Position numbers and translations under genes: made by a program. This document shows, in pieces, positions 1 through 10,253 of a DNA stretch of 32,000 nt. The notes under the pieces are model-generated. The model was not told where the DNA came from and made no database searches. It worked only from the letters and a program-made list of their open reading frames with translations. How positions within the stretch are numbered: position 1 is the stretch's first letter; the number at the start of each line of letters is the position of its first letter. Source of the DNA: Candidatus Moranella endobia PCIT (GTDB taxonomy: Bacteria; Pseudomonadota; Gammaproteobacteria; Enterobacterales; Enterobacteriaceae). Location of the stretch: positions 480,001-512,000 of the forward strand of contig NC_015735.1 of assembly GCF_000219175.1 (NCBI RefSeq). The letters are read 5' to 3'.

Positions 1-317
<317 letters not shown>

Positions 318-321
318 AAAT

Positions 322-352
322 AAAACCCCCGGCAATCCGGGGGTTTTATTTT
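322..352. terminator. Bidirectional rho-independent terminator between convergent rplQ and groEL
   Basis: aaaa-CCCCCGG-caat-CCGGGGG-tttt. The 7-bp GC stem (326-332 / 337-343) is flanked by an A-run on one side and a T-run on the other, so it reads as a terminator on both strands. Confidence 0.75.
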
Positions 353-394
353 ATAACATCAGCTTCAATTTCAATAACACGTGAATACGTGGTG

Positions 395-2047
<1,653 letters not shown>

Positions 2048-2081
2048 TTAAATTCGTTCAGTTCAGATGATTATATGCGCA

Positions 2082-2375
2082 CTACTTCTCAACGACAGCT
2101 AAAATGTCGCTTTCGGACATAATAAGCACTTCTTCGTTGTCGATTTTCTCAACCTTTACGCCATATCCGTCATTGAAAACAACGAGATCGCCAACTTTTA
2201 CGTCTAGCGCTTTCACGTCGCCGGTGTCAAGAATACGGCCGTTACCTACAGCCAGTACTTCACCGCGCGTTGACTTGCCAGCCGCGGCACCAGTCAGCAT
2301 GATGCCGCCAGCAGACTTTGCTTCAACTTCTTTACGCTTGACAATAACGCGATCATGTAATGGACGAATTTTCAT
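2082..2375 (-). CDS. groES: Co-chaperonin GroES (Hsp10)
   Basis: 97-aa [48 protein letters not shown]. Lies 46 nt upstream of groEL, with a GGGGAG Shine-Dalgarno. Confidence 0.98.
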   Translation of the reverse strand: MKIRPLHDRVIVKRKEVEAKSAGGIMLTGAAAGKSTRGEVLAVGNGRILDTGDVKALDVKVGDLVVFNDGYGVKVEKIDNEEVLIMSESDILAVVEK

Positions 2376-2460
2376 TGAAAGCTCCCCTAGAGAAAGTCAG
2401 TGTCAGTTTTTGTTGGATGAACACCAGGCATAGATGTCATGCTCGGCATCATGCCGATTA

Positions 2461-2489
2461 ATATTGGGGCGTTCCGTTAAGCTTCAAGG
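2461..2489 (-). promoter_or_regulatory. Sigma-32 (heat-shock) promoter of groES-groEL
   Basis: Minus strand reads CCTTGAA-gcttaacggaacg-CCCCAATAT. The 13-nt spacer matches the sigma-32 consensus CTTGAA-N13-14-CCCCATNT. Lies ~85 nt upstream of the groES ATG. Confidence 0.7.
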
Positions 2490-2774
2490 TTTTTTTTTAA
2501 AAAATGCTAAAAAGATTAAATTTTAATCTTTAACATAATGTTTTGTGCCGGTAAGTTCACTTCACGTGCAGATTATGATGACGCTACTCGACCTAGTCGC
2601 GTTCAATACTACGCCAGTAAGTAACGTAAATAAACAAAAATTCTTCAGTCTGCTCCACAAAGCTTTCTCAGCTACGCTGCAGATATTGCAATACTAGCGA
2701 GCAAAAAAACGTTACTGATAAACTGATAACACGACACGCAACATGGTTGGCAGCACCTCTACGTCGGTTAGGTC

Positions 2775-3377
2775 TCAGCTAGTTTTTTTCGATACTGCCA
2801 CCATGGCGGGGCGGATAAGCCGCCCATTAAGAGTATAGCCTTTTTGCATTACCATAATCACTTGATTAGGCTCGTATTCTTCTGACTCCAGCATAGTCAT
2901 CGCCTGATGTACTTCGGGATTAAACGGTACGAGTGTGTCACCAACGACATCAAGACCAAACTTACGCACAGCGTCCAGCAAGGATTTCAGAGTAAGCTCG
3001 ATTCCTTCTATAGTTGAAGCTAGCTCGCTATTAGTTTTATCCGACATGTCCAGCGCGCGCTCCAAGTTATCAATTACCGGCAACAGTTCACCAGCAAAAC
3101 GTTCTAGCGCAAATTTATGCGCTTTTTCAACATCTTGTTCGCTACGCCGGCGTACGTTTTCCATTTCCGCCTTGGCGCGCAGCACGTTATCGCGTTCTTG
3201 CTGTTGCGCCTGAACCAACGCTGCCTCTAGTTCGGCAATACGCTCATCTCGATGATCTGCTTCAACATTCTCAGGCTCAGGCATCTTTTCCTTTGCCGTA
3301 GTTTCCGCCTGCCGTCCTTGCTCTACCTCTTGTGATTCTTGATCTTCAGGATTGTTTTTTTCTTTACTACTTATCAT
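2775..3377 (-). CDS. grpE: Nucleotide exchange factor GrpE
   Basis: 200-aa ORF. The acidic N-terminus is followed by ...[40 protein letters not shown]... and a C-terminus [14 protein letters not shown], colinear with E. coli GrpE. Confidence 0.96.
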   Translation of the reverse strand: MISSKEKNNPEDQESQEVEQGRQAETTAKEKMPEPENVEADHRDERIAELEAALVQAQQQERDNVLRAKAEMENVRRRSEQDVEKAHKFALERFAGELLPVIDNLERALDMSDKTNSELASTIEGIELTLKSLLDAVRKFGLDVVGDTLVPFNPEVHQAMTMLESEEYEPNQVIMVMQKGYTLNGRLIRPAMVAVSKKTS

Positions 3378-3420
3378 TAGTGGTCTCCGCGGTTCAGCTT
3401 TATGTTCGCTAGCTCGACCA

Positions 3421-3449
3421 TTATGGGGATAAATAGTGATGATTCAAGG
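3421..3449 (-). promoter_or_regulatory. Sigma-32 (heat-shock) promoter of grpE
   Basis: Minus strand reads CCTTGAA-tcatcactatttat-CCCCATAA with a 14-nt spacer, ~45 nt upstream of the grpE ATG. Confidence 0.65.
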
Positions 3450-3738
3450 TATAACGTCAAATAATGCAGCTCGTCAAATAAGCTTAATGTTGCATAATTT
3501 TTACGATAGACAATAATTGGTGTTACATTGTTGGTCTTAGCGGGAATCAATTACATTGGAGCAAGAAAATGATCTGCCTATCAGGTCAGGTATGGACGGC
3601 TTGCTGATGATTAGGTAAAGTGCCATTCTGCCTGCCAGTCCAATAAATCTATGGTAGATTATAGTTTGTTGGGCGGGGCGCTGGCTAAGCTGATAAGATA
3701 CTAAATTTATTCACTGGGATCACCTGTACAAGACTTGT

Positions 3739-4218
3739 ATGACAAAGAAAAAAGAACAAAAACCAGGTTCCGTTATCGCGAAGAACAAACGTGCTCGACA
3801 CGAATACTTTATTGAACAGGAGTTTGAAGCTGGACTGTCTCTGCAGGGATGGGAAGTGAAGGCGCTGCGCGCCGGCAAGGCGAACATCGGCGATAGCTAT
3901 GTGCTGCTCAGTCATGGCGCCGCCTATCTTGTAGGCGCTAACTTCCAGCCACTGACAATGGCCTCTTCCCATGTTGTCTGTAACCCCATGCGTACCCGTA
4001 AGCTGTTATTGAATAAGTATGAACTTAATTCGTTGTGTAGCCTAGTAAACCGTAAAGGTTATACTATTACTGCACTATTACTATATTGGAAAAACACTTG
4101 GGTTAAATTGCAAATTGGCGTTGCGAAAGGTAAGAAAGAGCATGATAAACGCACAGAGATTAAGGAACGTGAATGGCAGCTCGACAAAGCACGCCTAATG
4201 AGGCATATTAGCAGATAA
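3739..4218 (+). CDS. smpB: SsrA-binding protein SmpB
   Basis: 159-aa [52 protein letters not shown]..., ~75% identical to E. coli SmpB. Lies immediately upstream of ssrA, as in E. coli. Confidence 0.96.
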   Translation: MTKKKEQKPGSVIAKNKRARHEYFIEQEFEAGLSLQGWEVKALRAGKANIGDSYVLLSHGAAYLVGANFQPLTMASSHVVCNPMRTRKLLLNKYELNSLCSLVNRKGYTITALLLYWKNTWVKLQIGVAKGKKEHDKRTEIKEREWQLDKARLMRHISR

Positions 4219-4264
4219 TAATGTTGCCTACACCTGTGTAAGTGTGCGACAATAAAGCTTACTT

Positions 4265-4649
4265 GGGGCTGAATACTGGATTCGACGAAATTTGCTAAAC
4301 TAAAGGTGCATGCCGAGGTGGGGTTTGCCTCGTAAAAAAGCCTCAAAAAGTAATTGCAAACGACTCGCAATACGAATCTGTTGCATTAGCAGCTTAATCA
4401 GTCTAATAACCTGAAGATTCCCTTTCTCCCTAGCCTCAGCTCTTAGGACGGGGAGCAAGAAAGGTCAACACTACAAGAGATCGCACCGATGTCTTGCCTG
4501 GGGCTGAAGTGTTAAATACTACAAGCAGGCTAGTCTGTTAGTGGTGTGTCAGTCCGCAGCTAACAAGCAAATTAAAAGACTTGACTAAGCATGTAGCGCC
4601 GAAGGGGCAGAAATGACGGACGCGGGTTCAAATCCCGCCAGCTCCACCA
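4265..4649 (+). ncRNA. ssrA: tmRNA (SsrA, 10Sa RNA)
   Basis: 5' end GGGGCTGAATACTGGATTCGACG and 3' end GGACGCGGGTTCAAATCCCGCCAGCTCCACCA form the tRNA-Ala-like domain. Colinear with E. coli ssrA throughout. Tag reading frame 4356-4397 (GCA AAC GAC TCG CAA TAC GAA TCT GTT GCA TTA GCA GCT TAA) encodes ANDSQYESVALAA*. Confidence 0.95.
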
Positions 4650-4847
4650 GTTTATGATAATGTTTGATGACCTGTTATGATCTGAATGGAACAAGCAAAC
4701 AGCAAAGCAACATTTTTCCCTTCAACCAGGGCTGATTACCTGCTTATGGTTGACGACGATACCTGATCGCAAAACATACATCCAACAGTACACTAAACTT
4801 GTGCTTGCGATGTCATGGAAGTTATAATACTAAGACGGAATGTCCAT

Positions 4848-6509
4848 ATGATGGAGGCCAAAGGTCATCCAAAGAATTTTATTCGTCACATTATCGACGA
4901 AGATCTAGCTTCTGGTAAGACCAAATCAGTACATACCCGTTTTCCACCGGAGCCAAATGGCTATTTGCATATCGGCCATGCAAAATCAATTTGCCTAAAT
5001 TTTGGTATCGCCCAGGATTATCAGGGCCAATGCAATCTGCGTTTTGACGATACTAATCCGGTTAAGGAACATATAGAATATGTTGAATCTATCAAGTATG
5101 ACGTGCAGTGGTTAGGTTTTAACTGGAGCGGTGATGTGCACTACTCCTCAGATTATTTCGATAAGCTGCATGATTATGCGCTTGAGCTGATTGAAAAACG
5201 GCTCGCCTATGTCGACCAGCTATCGACGGAAGAAATACGCGAGCAGCGCGGTACACTCACGCGCCAAGGTACAAATAGCCCTTATCGTGATCGGAGCGTA
5301 AAAGAAAATTTGGAGCTATTTGCCAAAATGCGAACCGGAGAACTAGCAGAAGGCAGCGCCTGCCTACGTGCTAAAATCGATATGGCTTCACCTTGTATGG
5401 TGATGCGAGACCCAATTTTATATCGAATAAAATTCGCGGATCATTATCATACCGGCAAAAAATGGTGTATTTACCCGATGTATGACTTTACCCACTGCAT
5501 CTCAGATGCTATGGAAGGCATTACCCACTCGTTATGCACGCTAGAGTTTCAGGATAATCGCCGGCTGTATGATTGGGTGCTAGATAACATCACCATTAAT
5601 GTGCATCCAAGACAATATGAATTTTCCCGGCTGAATCTAGAATACTCCATCATGTCCAAGCGCAAGCTAAATATGCTGGTAAAGGCAAAAATCGTCGATG
5701 GTTGGGACGATCCGCGGATGCCAACAATTTCAGGCCTGCGACGACGTGGCTATACGGCAACCTCAATTCGTGAATTTTGCCGACGCATTGGTGTGACTAA
5801 GCAAGATAATAATGTGGAAATTACTGCCTTGGAAGCATGTATTCGCGCAGAACTGAACGAGCACGCGCAGCGCGCAATGGCGGTGATCAATCCCGTACGG
5901 TTAGTGATAGAAAGCTGGCCAGTGGGGTATGAACAATATCTTGCCATGCCAAACCATCCCCACAAGCCAGAAATGGGTAACCGGCAAGTTGCCTTCAGCC
6001 GCGAAATCTTTATCGATCATGCCGACTTCAGTGAAAAAGCTAACAACAAGCAATACAAGCGCCTGGTGCTAGGTCAGGAAGTCCGCTTGCGATATGCCTA
6101 TGTGATTAAAGCTGAACGTATTGAGCAAGACTCCCAAGGCAAAATTACTGCTATCTTCTGCCGCCACGATCCCGATACGCTAGGTAAAGCTCCCGCTAAC
6201 GGTCGTAAGGTAAAAGGTATAATCCATTGGGTATCAGCCACCAATTGCGTCGCTGCCGAGTTTCGGCTCTATGAACGATTGTTTAGCATTGCAACTCCAG
6301 CGGTGGCAGAAGATCTGTTTTCTACGCTGAACCCGCATTCGTTAGTCATCCGTCATGGTTTTGTAGAAGCTAGTGTACCGGCAGCCAATACTAGTGAACC
6401 AGTTCAGTTTGAACGCGAGGGATATTTTTGCGCAGACTGCCGCTATTTTAGCCCATCCAATCCGGTTTTCAACCGCACCGTAGGACTACGCGACACCTGG
6501 GTTAAGTAA
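4848..6509 (+). CDS. glnS: Glutaminyl-tRNA synthetase
   Basis: Colinear with E. coli GlnS: HIGH motif [15 protein letters not shown] motif IMSKRKL, C-terminus [10 protein letters not shown]. Start moved to the ATG at 4848 ([19 protein letters not shown]) by alignment with the E. coli N-terminus [20 protein letters not shown]. The track's start at 4815 adds 11 unsupported residues. Confidence 0.95.
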   Translation: MMEAKGHPKNFIRHIIDEDLASGKTKSVHTRFPPEPNGYLHIGHAKSICLNFGIAQDYQGQCNLRFDDTNPVKEHIEYVESIKYDVQWLGFNWSGDVHYSSDYFDKLHDYALELIEKRLAYVDQLSTEEIREQRGTLTRQGTNSPYRDRSVKENLELFAKMRTGELAEGSACLRAKIDMASPCMVMRDPILYRIKFADHYHTGKKWCIYPMYDFTHCISDAMEGITHSLCTLEFQDNRRLYDWVLDNITINVHPRQYEFSRLNLEYSIMSKRKLNMLVKAKIVDGWDDPRMPTISGLRRRGYTATSIREFCRRIGVTKQDNNVEITALEACIRAELNEHAQRAMAVINPVRLVIESWPVGYEQYLAMPNHPHKPEMGNRQVAFSREIFIDHADFSEKANNKQYKRLVLGQEVRLRYAYVIKAERIEQDSQGKITAIFCRHDPDTLGKAPANGRKVKGIIHWVSATNCVAAEFRLYERLFSIATPAVAEDLFSTLNPHSLVIRHGFVEASVPAANTSEPVQFEREGYFCADCRYFSPSNPVFNRTVGLRDTWVK

Positions 6510-6688
6510 GAGCCAAACTATTTTGCCATTGCCGCATCCTCGCTCTCGGTGGGAGCTGTTAAATGATGCAATTAATCCTATATCAGGTATGGATAGGTGT
6601 ATCACCATAGTAAAAGTAAAAAAATATGTAAATCTTAAGTCTAGCCAAAAAATAATAACCACACCGGAAATATTTTACTGTTTATCGA

Positions 6689-7234
6689 CTACACACGAAT
6701 AAAATTTGCACGATAATAAGCCAGTTCTGCTACTGATTCTCGTAGATCATCCAGCGCCCGATGATTATTTTTTTTCTTTAGTCCGACCAAGATTTCTGGT
6801 TTCCATCGGCGTACCAGTTCTTTTAGCGTACTAACATCAAGATAACGGTAGTGGAAATAAGCTTCCAGCGCCGGCATATAACAAAACAAAAAGCGACGAT
6901 CCTGGCCGATACTGTTGCCACAAATAGGCGATTTACCGGCAGGTACCCATTCTCTTAAAAATGCCAGCGTTTGCGCAACTGCAGCATTTTCATCCAGCTT
7001 GCTGTGACGTACCCGGTCAACTAACCCGCTGGTGGTATGGGTACGTACATTCCACTCATCCATCAGTGCCAACTTCGCTTCTGGTTGATGTATGGCCAGT
7101 ACTGGACCTTCTGTCAGAATAACAAGATTAGGGTCGGTTACAAGCGTAGCGATTTCAATAATGCGATCACGCTCGGGATCAAGCCCAGTCATTTCTAGAT
7201 CGATCCAAATCAGGTTATTATCATTTACCGGCAT
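6689..7234 (-). CDS. orn: Oligoribonuclease
   Basis: 181-aa ORF ...[31 protein letters not shown]... [46 protein letters not shown], same length as E. coli Orn and highly similar. Confidence 0.96.
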   Translation of the reverse strand: MPVNDNNLIWIDLEMTGLDPERDRIIEIATLVTDPNLVILTEGPVLAIHQPEAKLALMDEWNVRTHTTSGLVDRVRHSKLDENAAVAQTLAFLREWVPAGKSPICGNSIGQDRRFLFCYMPALEAYFHYRYLDVSTLKELVRRWKPEILVGLKKKNNHRALDDLRESVAELAYYRANFIRV

Positions 7235-7659
7235 GATTTTCTAGTAGCAATTGTTCTACGGCTAATTACCTAGCATGATAGCTGTTTAAACGGAAGATTC
7301 ATCCTCACTAAATACGGTAGGTAAAATTAGTCAAAATAAACTGTCCACAATTCATGTGCAACTAGTATAGCCAAACATCAGCGCCACCTGCAACAGTACG
7401 AGCAAGTCATCGCCCAATGGCAGGTGAAAATAATGGATTTTGAGCATTACGCTTAACGTATGGTGATACCGTAGTATAGATCGCCCAGTACCCGTAGCGG
7501 AAAATTGCTCTTTTCCTCTCAGGGAGTAATGCTTACCAAATAATTAGCAAGCAGCGATTTTGACCAAATCATTACTTGAAAATAAACTATCCGTAACTGA
7601 TAATAGCCTCGCTGGTTTAGATACTGTCAGCCAGGCAGTCACCAAACAAAAAACATAGA

Positions 7660-8007
7660 ATGATTATTATGATTAAGACGGCAGCATTACAATTTACCGA
7701 TGCAGCAGCAAGCCAGGCCCAAAAACTTATCGCGGCAGAAAATAATCCAACTCTAAAATTGCGGGTCTACATTACCGGTGGCGGCTGTAGCGGTTTTCGC
7801 TATGGTTTCACCTTGGATGATAAGGTGAACGAAGATGACTTGCTTATCGAGAAACATGGTGTGTCACTAGTAGTCGACCAGATGAGCTTACAATACTTGC
7901 TAGGAGGTTCGGTAGACTACAGCGAAGGGCTGGAAGGGTCACATTTTATTGTTTCTAATCTAAAAGCCAAGACTACCTGTAGTTGTGGGTCTTCATTCAG
8001 CATCTAA
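7660..8007 (+). CDS. erpA: Iron-sulfur cluster insertion protein ErpA (A-type carrier)
   Basis: L.FTDAAA...[67 protein letters not shown] matches E. coli ErpA, including the C-x-C C-terminus. The start is ambiguous between ATG 7660 and ATG 7669. Confidence 0.9.
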   Translation: MIIMIKTAALQFTDAAASQAQKLIAAENNPTLKLRVYITGGGCSGFRYGFTLDDKVNEDDLLIEKHGVSLVVDQMSLQYLLGGSVDYSEGLEGSHFIVSNLKAKTTCSCGSSFSI

Positions 8008-8017
8008 CAGCATCTAA
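7998..8017. repeat. Perfect 10-bp tandem duplication (cagcatctaa x2) spanning the erpA stop codon
   Basis: Positions 7998-8007 and 8008-8017 are identical. The first copy supplies the last erpA codons (AGC ATC TAA). Confidence 0.9.
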
Positions 8018-8025
8018 TTACCTGT

Positions 8026-8101
8026 TGGTGCCCGGACTTGGAATTGAACCAAGGACACGGGGATTTTCAGTCCCCTGCTCTACCAACTGAGCTATCCGGG
8101 C
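8026..8101 (-). tRNA. pheV: tRNA-Phe (GAA)
   Basis: Reverse complement GCCCGGATAGCTCAGTTGGTAGAGCAGGGGACTGAAAATCCCCGTGTCCTTGGTTCAATTCCAAGTCCGGGCACCA. 76 nt with encoded CCA, near-identical to E. coli tRNA-Phe. The pheV/pheU paralogue assignment is arbitrary. Confidence 0.96.
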
Positions 8102-8111
8102 AACGGGCAGC

Positions 8112-8140
8112 ATTAAACATTATTGTCGCGATTTCGTCAA
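8112..8140 (-). promoter_or_regulatory. Candidate sigma-70 promoter for tRNA-Phe
   Basis: Minus strand TTGACG-17 nt-TTTAAT. The -10 element ends 10 nt before the mature tRNA 5' end. Confidence 0.5.
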
Positions 8141-8565
8141 CTAGTTTATCTAATCATTACTTGAGACCGTCGTTCGTTTTAAGGTACCTTCCCCCCCCCT
8201 GCACGGGTATTTTTTTACAAAATGGTAATCAAGCATCAAGTAGCCAAGACCAGCTACATCTGCTAACCGATGCCGAACCCTAACCAGACCATGAATGATT
8301 ATAGATCTGTCAGTCAAGCTTTACCAGTTTAGGTGTTATTTGTTTTATTTTATGCCACTTTCCTAGTTAACACTTAATACTCATACTTACTCCGAATAAG
8401 CTCGGCTGCCGACCAGCTGTCAACCAGTAATAGTTGCTCGTCAACTTAGTTATTATATAATATACCTGAGCAATGGGATCCACGATCAGTTCAAGTTAGC
8501 ATATTTTGTGGTGCATTGGTTTCAAATAATTTGCTTGGCTCTTTTATCTGACAGAAACCATAAAA

Positions 8566-9372
8566 ATGAAGGTTGTCTCATTCAATATCAATGGCATACG
8601 TGCTCGCCCCCATCAACTGGAAGCGATTATTACTAAACTTCAGCCGGACCTAATCGGTCTGCAAGAAACCAAAGTCAATGACGATCTGTTTCCACTAGAA
8701 GCCTTGTCACGTCAAGGGTATAATGCTTATTATTATGGCCAAAAAGGCCAATACGGCGTGGCATTGCTCAGCAGAGAAAAGCTGTTCGCCATACGCCGTG
8801 GCTTTAATACCGCCGGCAACGAATCTCAGCGAAGAATTATCATGGCTGATTTAATCACGCCTAAAGGCTTATTAACTGTGGTGAACGGTTACTTTCCCCA
8901 AGGTGAAAACCGTTCTCACCCAGTTAAATTCACGGCAAAAGAGCGTTTTTACCACTCTATACAGAAATATATCGAACAAAATCACCAGAGAGAATCTATG
9001 TTACTGATCATGGGTGATATGAATATCAGCCCCACAAATTTGGACCTTGGTATCAGCGAAGAGAGTCGTAAACGCTGGCTTCGCACCGGTAAGTGTTCTT
9101 TTCTACCCGAGGAGCGAGTATGGATGGAACGTCTGTTGTCATGGGGATTGATAGACACTTACCGCCAGGCCAATCCATTAGGGGATAAGCGCTACTCCTG
9201 GTTTAACTATCGTTCGCGCGGTTTTAATGAAAACCGCGGTCTTCGCATTGACCTACTGCTGGCCTCACGACCGCTGGCTGCGTTAATGCGAGCGACTGGT
9301 ATCGATTATACCGTTCGCGCGATGAACAAGCCGTCAGATCACGCGCCAGTTTGGGCAGATTTCGATGTGTGA
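8566..9372 (+). CDS. xthA: Exodeoxyribonuclease III
   Basis: 268-aa [22 protein letters not shown]....[17 protein letters not shown]... [48 protein letters not shown] ... [11 protein letters not shown]. Same length as E. coli XthA. Confidence 0.96.
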   Translation: MKVVSFNINGIRARPHQLEAIITKLQPDLIGLQETKVNDDLFPLEALSRQGYNAYYYGQKGQYGVALLSREKLFAIRRGFNTAGNESQRRIIMADLITPKGLLTVVNGYFPQGENRSHPVKFTAKERFYHSIQKYIEQNHQRESMLLIMGDMNISPTNLDLGISEESRKRWLRTGKCSFLPEERVWMERLLSWGLIDTYRQANPLGDKRYSWFNYRSRGFNENRGLRIDLLLASRPLAALMRATGIDYTVRAMNKPSDHAPVWADFDV

Positions 9373-9515
9373 ATGGTGAATGCATGGCAGTAGTTTGGCG
9401 TGCGAACTAACGTTTTCATAAGCTGTTTAGCCAGTTGACGTTATACACCCACAGTATACGGACGTATACTGGCCTGGCTTATATCCACTTATGTGTGCAG
9501 ATTGCTGGGGATGAG

Positions 9516-9647
9516 TTATTTCTCTTCCGCCCATTCGCTAAGATCGATTAATTGGCAGCGTTTACTGCAAAACGGCCGGAACTTGCTGTTCTGACTCCAT
9601 TCTACCGTTTGGCCACAGTTTGGGCAGGTGACGGTGACATTAACCAT
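9516..9647 (-). CDS. yacG: DNA gyrase inhibitor YacG (zinc-finger), short 43-aa form, absent from the supplied ORF track
   Basis: Minus-strand ATG..TAA encodes [43 protein letters not shown]. It matches E. coli YacG CP.CGK.V.W......[20 protein letters not shown] with all four Zn-ligand Cys. The ~20-residue acidic C-terminal tail of the E. coli protein is missing. An in-frame ATG at 9662 is an alternative start. Confidence 0.7.
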   Translation of the reverse strand: MVNVTVTCPNCGQTVEWSQNSKFRPFCSKRCQLIDLSEWAEEK

Positions 9648-9705
9648 ATCATTGATCATCATAATCGTGGCTCATAATACTAATTACTTGGTTATTGGTT
9701 GGCTT

Positions 9706-9993
9706 TTAACAACCAACCCATTCAAACGACAAGTGGTTTGGTACCACGCCGTTCTCGCGGTAACGGATAGCATAACGGGTTTTATGACCGGCAATGAACT
9801 GTTAGCATTTAAAGACAAATTGAACCACTTTCAAAAATATCGATCATATCGGTTAAAAAAAGAAAAAACGTCAGTGATTGCTCTTAATGCTTGAGACCGG
9901 TAGAGCTGCTGTAGCAGGAACTATAACCGCACGCAACCAGGTGCGTATTTTTTCATTTAACGGGTGGTCAAACAGCACCATTGTGGCATACAT
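9706..9993 (-). pseudogene. zapD: zapD (yacF) remnant: N- and C-terminal fragments with internal deletions, frameshift and stops
   Basis: The minus strand from 9993 reads MYATMVLFDHPLNEKIRTWLR (E. coli ZapD: [20 protein letters not shown]), then similarity is lost. A different frame gives ..SQALRAITD.. . A third frame gives LKVVQFVFKC*QFIAGHKTRYAIRY.ENG.VP..L.FE...C* (E. coli ...QISGHKSRFAIRF..ENGQVPERLDFELACC*). About 288 bp remain of an expected ~740 bp. Confidence 0.72.
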
Positions 9994-10227
9994 AAATTCA
10001 ACTCATAGAGAGCATTATTAGTAACTTTATACTCAGAACGCCCGTTATTTTAAAGACATTAATAATATTATTGGCACAAGCAAGTTGTCATTTTGCTCTC
10101 TCCCGCAGCTTTCCTGGATAAGGATAAGTTTGTTGGCACTTTGGATTTTATTTAACCATCCATCCATACATACGTAATCCGTACACTGTAGATTAGTACA
10201 ATAACAGTTCTAATCTGAATAACCATT

Positions 10228-10250
10228 ATTACTAGCTTACAGCTAGTAAT
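10228..10250. terminator. Perfect 10-bp stem / 3-nt loop hairpin 3 nt downstream of the tyrS stop (terminator candidate, weak U-tract)
   Basis: attactagct-tac-agctagtaat. No clear T-run follows on the tyrS strand. Confidence 0.35.
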
Positions 10251-10253
10251 TTA

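Noticed and set aside
2055-2083. gtgcgcatata on the minus strand, resembling the XerC arm of dif (GGTGCGCATAA)
   Set aside because: The spacer and XerD arm (TTATGTTAAAT) do not match. It sits in the 46-nt groES-groEL spacer overlapping the groES stop, so it is a coincidental half-site.
2511-2531. AT-rich palindrome aaagattaaa-t-tttaatcttt upstream of the groES promoter, whose 11-mer ttttaatcttt recurs at 30929-30939 upstream of lptF
   Set aside because: A shared 11-mer in AT-rich spacers is expected by chance at this window size. There are no further copies and no associated motif, so a binding site cannot be excluded but is unsupported.
3575-3640. caggtcaggt, resembling the conserved SRP (4.5S RNA) domain IV core ACCAGGUCAGGUCCGGAAGGAAGCAGCC
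   Set aside because: Only the 10-nt core matches. The GGAA tetraloop and AGCAGCC strand are absent, and no complementary 5'/3' helix is present. The locus is not where ffs lies in relatives, so the match is most likely chance.
7339-7349. tgtccacaa, a DnaA-box-like 9-mer (consensus TTATCCACA)
   Set aside because: It is a single imperfect box with no cluster, no AT-rich 13-mers, no GATC clustering and no neighbouring dnaA, gidA or mioC genes, so it is not an origin.
8038-8283. 81-aa plus-strand ORF
   Set aside because: Its first ~65 nt are the antisense of tRNA-Phe and it includes the C9 tract. It has no Shine-Dalgarno and no recognisable protein features, so it is spurious.
9628-9894. 88-aa plus-strand ORF in the xthA-tyrS interval, the only sizeable unannotated ORF in a spacer and superficially a candidate novel small membrane protein
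   Set aside because: It lies antisense to the recognisable yacG ORF and the ZapD C-terminal remnant. It starts with GTG, has no Shine-Dalgarno and no homology I can recognise. Its openness is explained by the coding sequence on the opposite strand.
10000-10250. Possible coaE remnant (ANKLILIQESCGREQ versus CoaE ANRVLVVDVSPETQ)
   Set aside because: The similarity is too short and weak to list as a feature. It is mentioned only as context in the zapD finding and needs a profile search.
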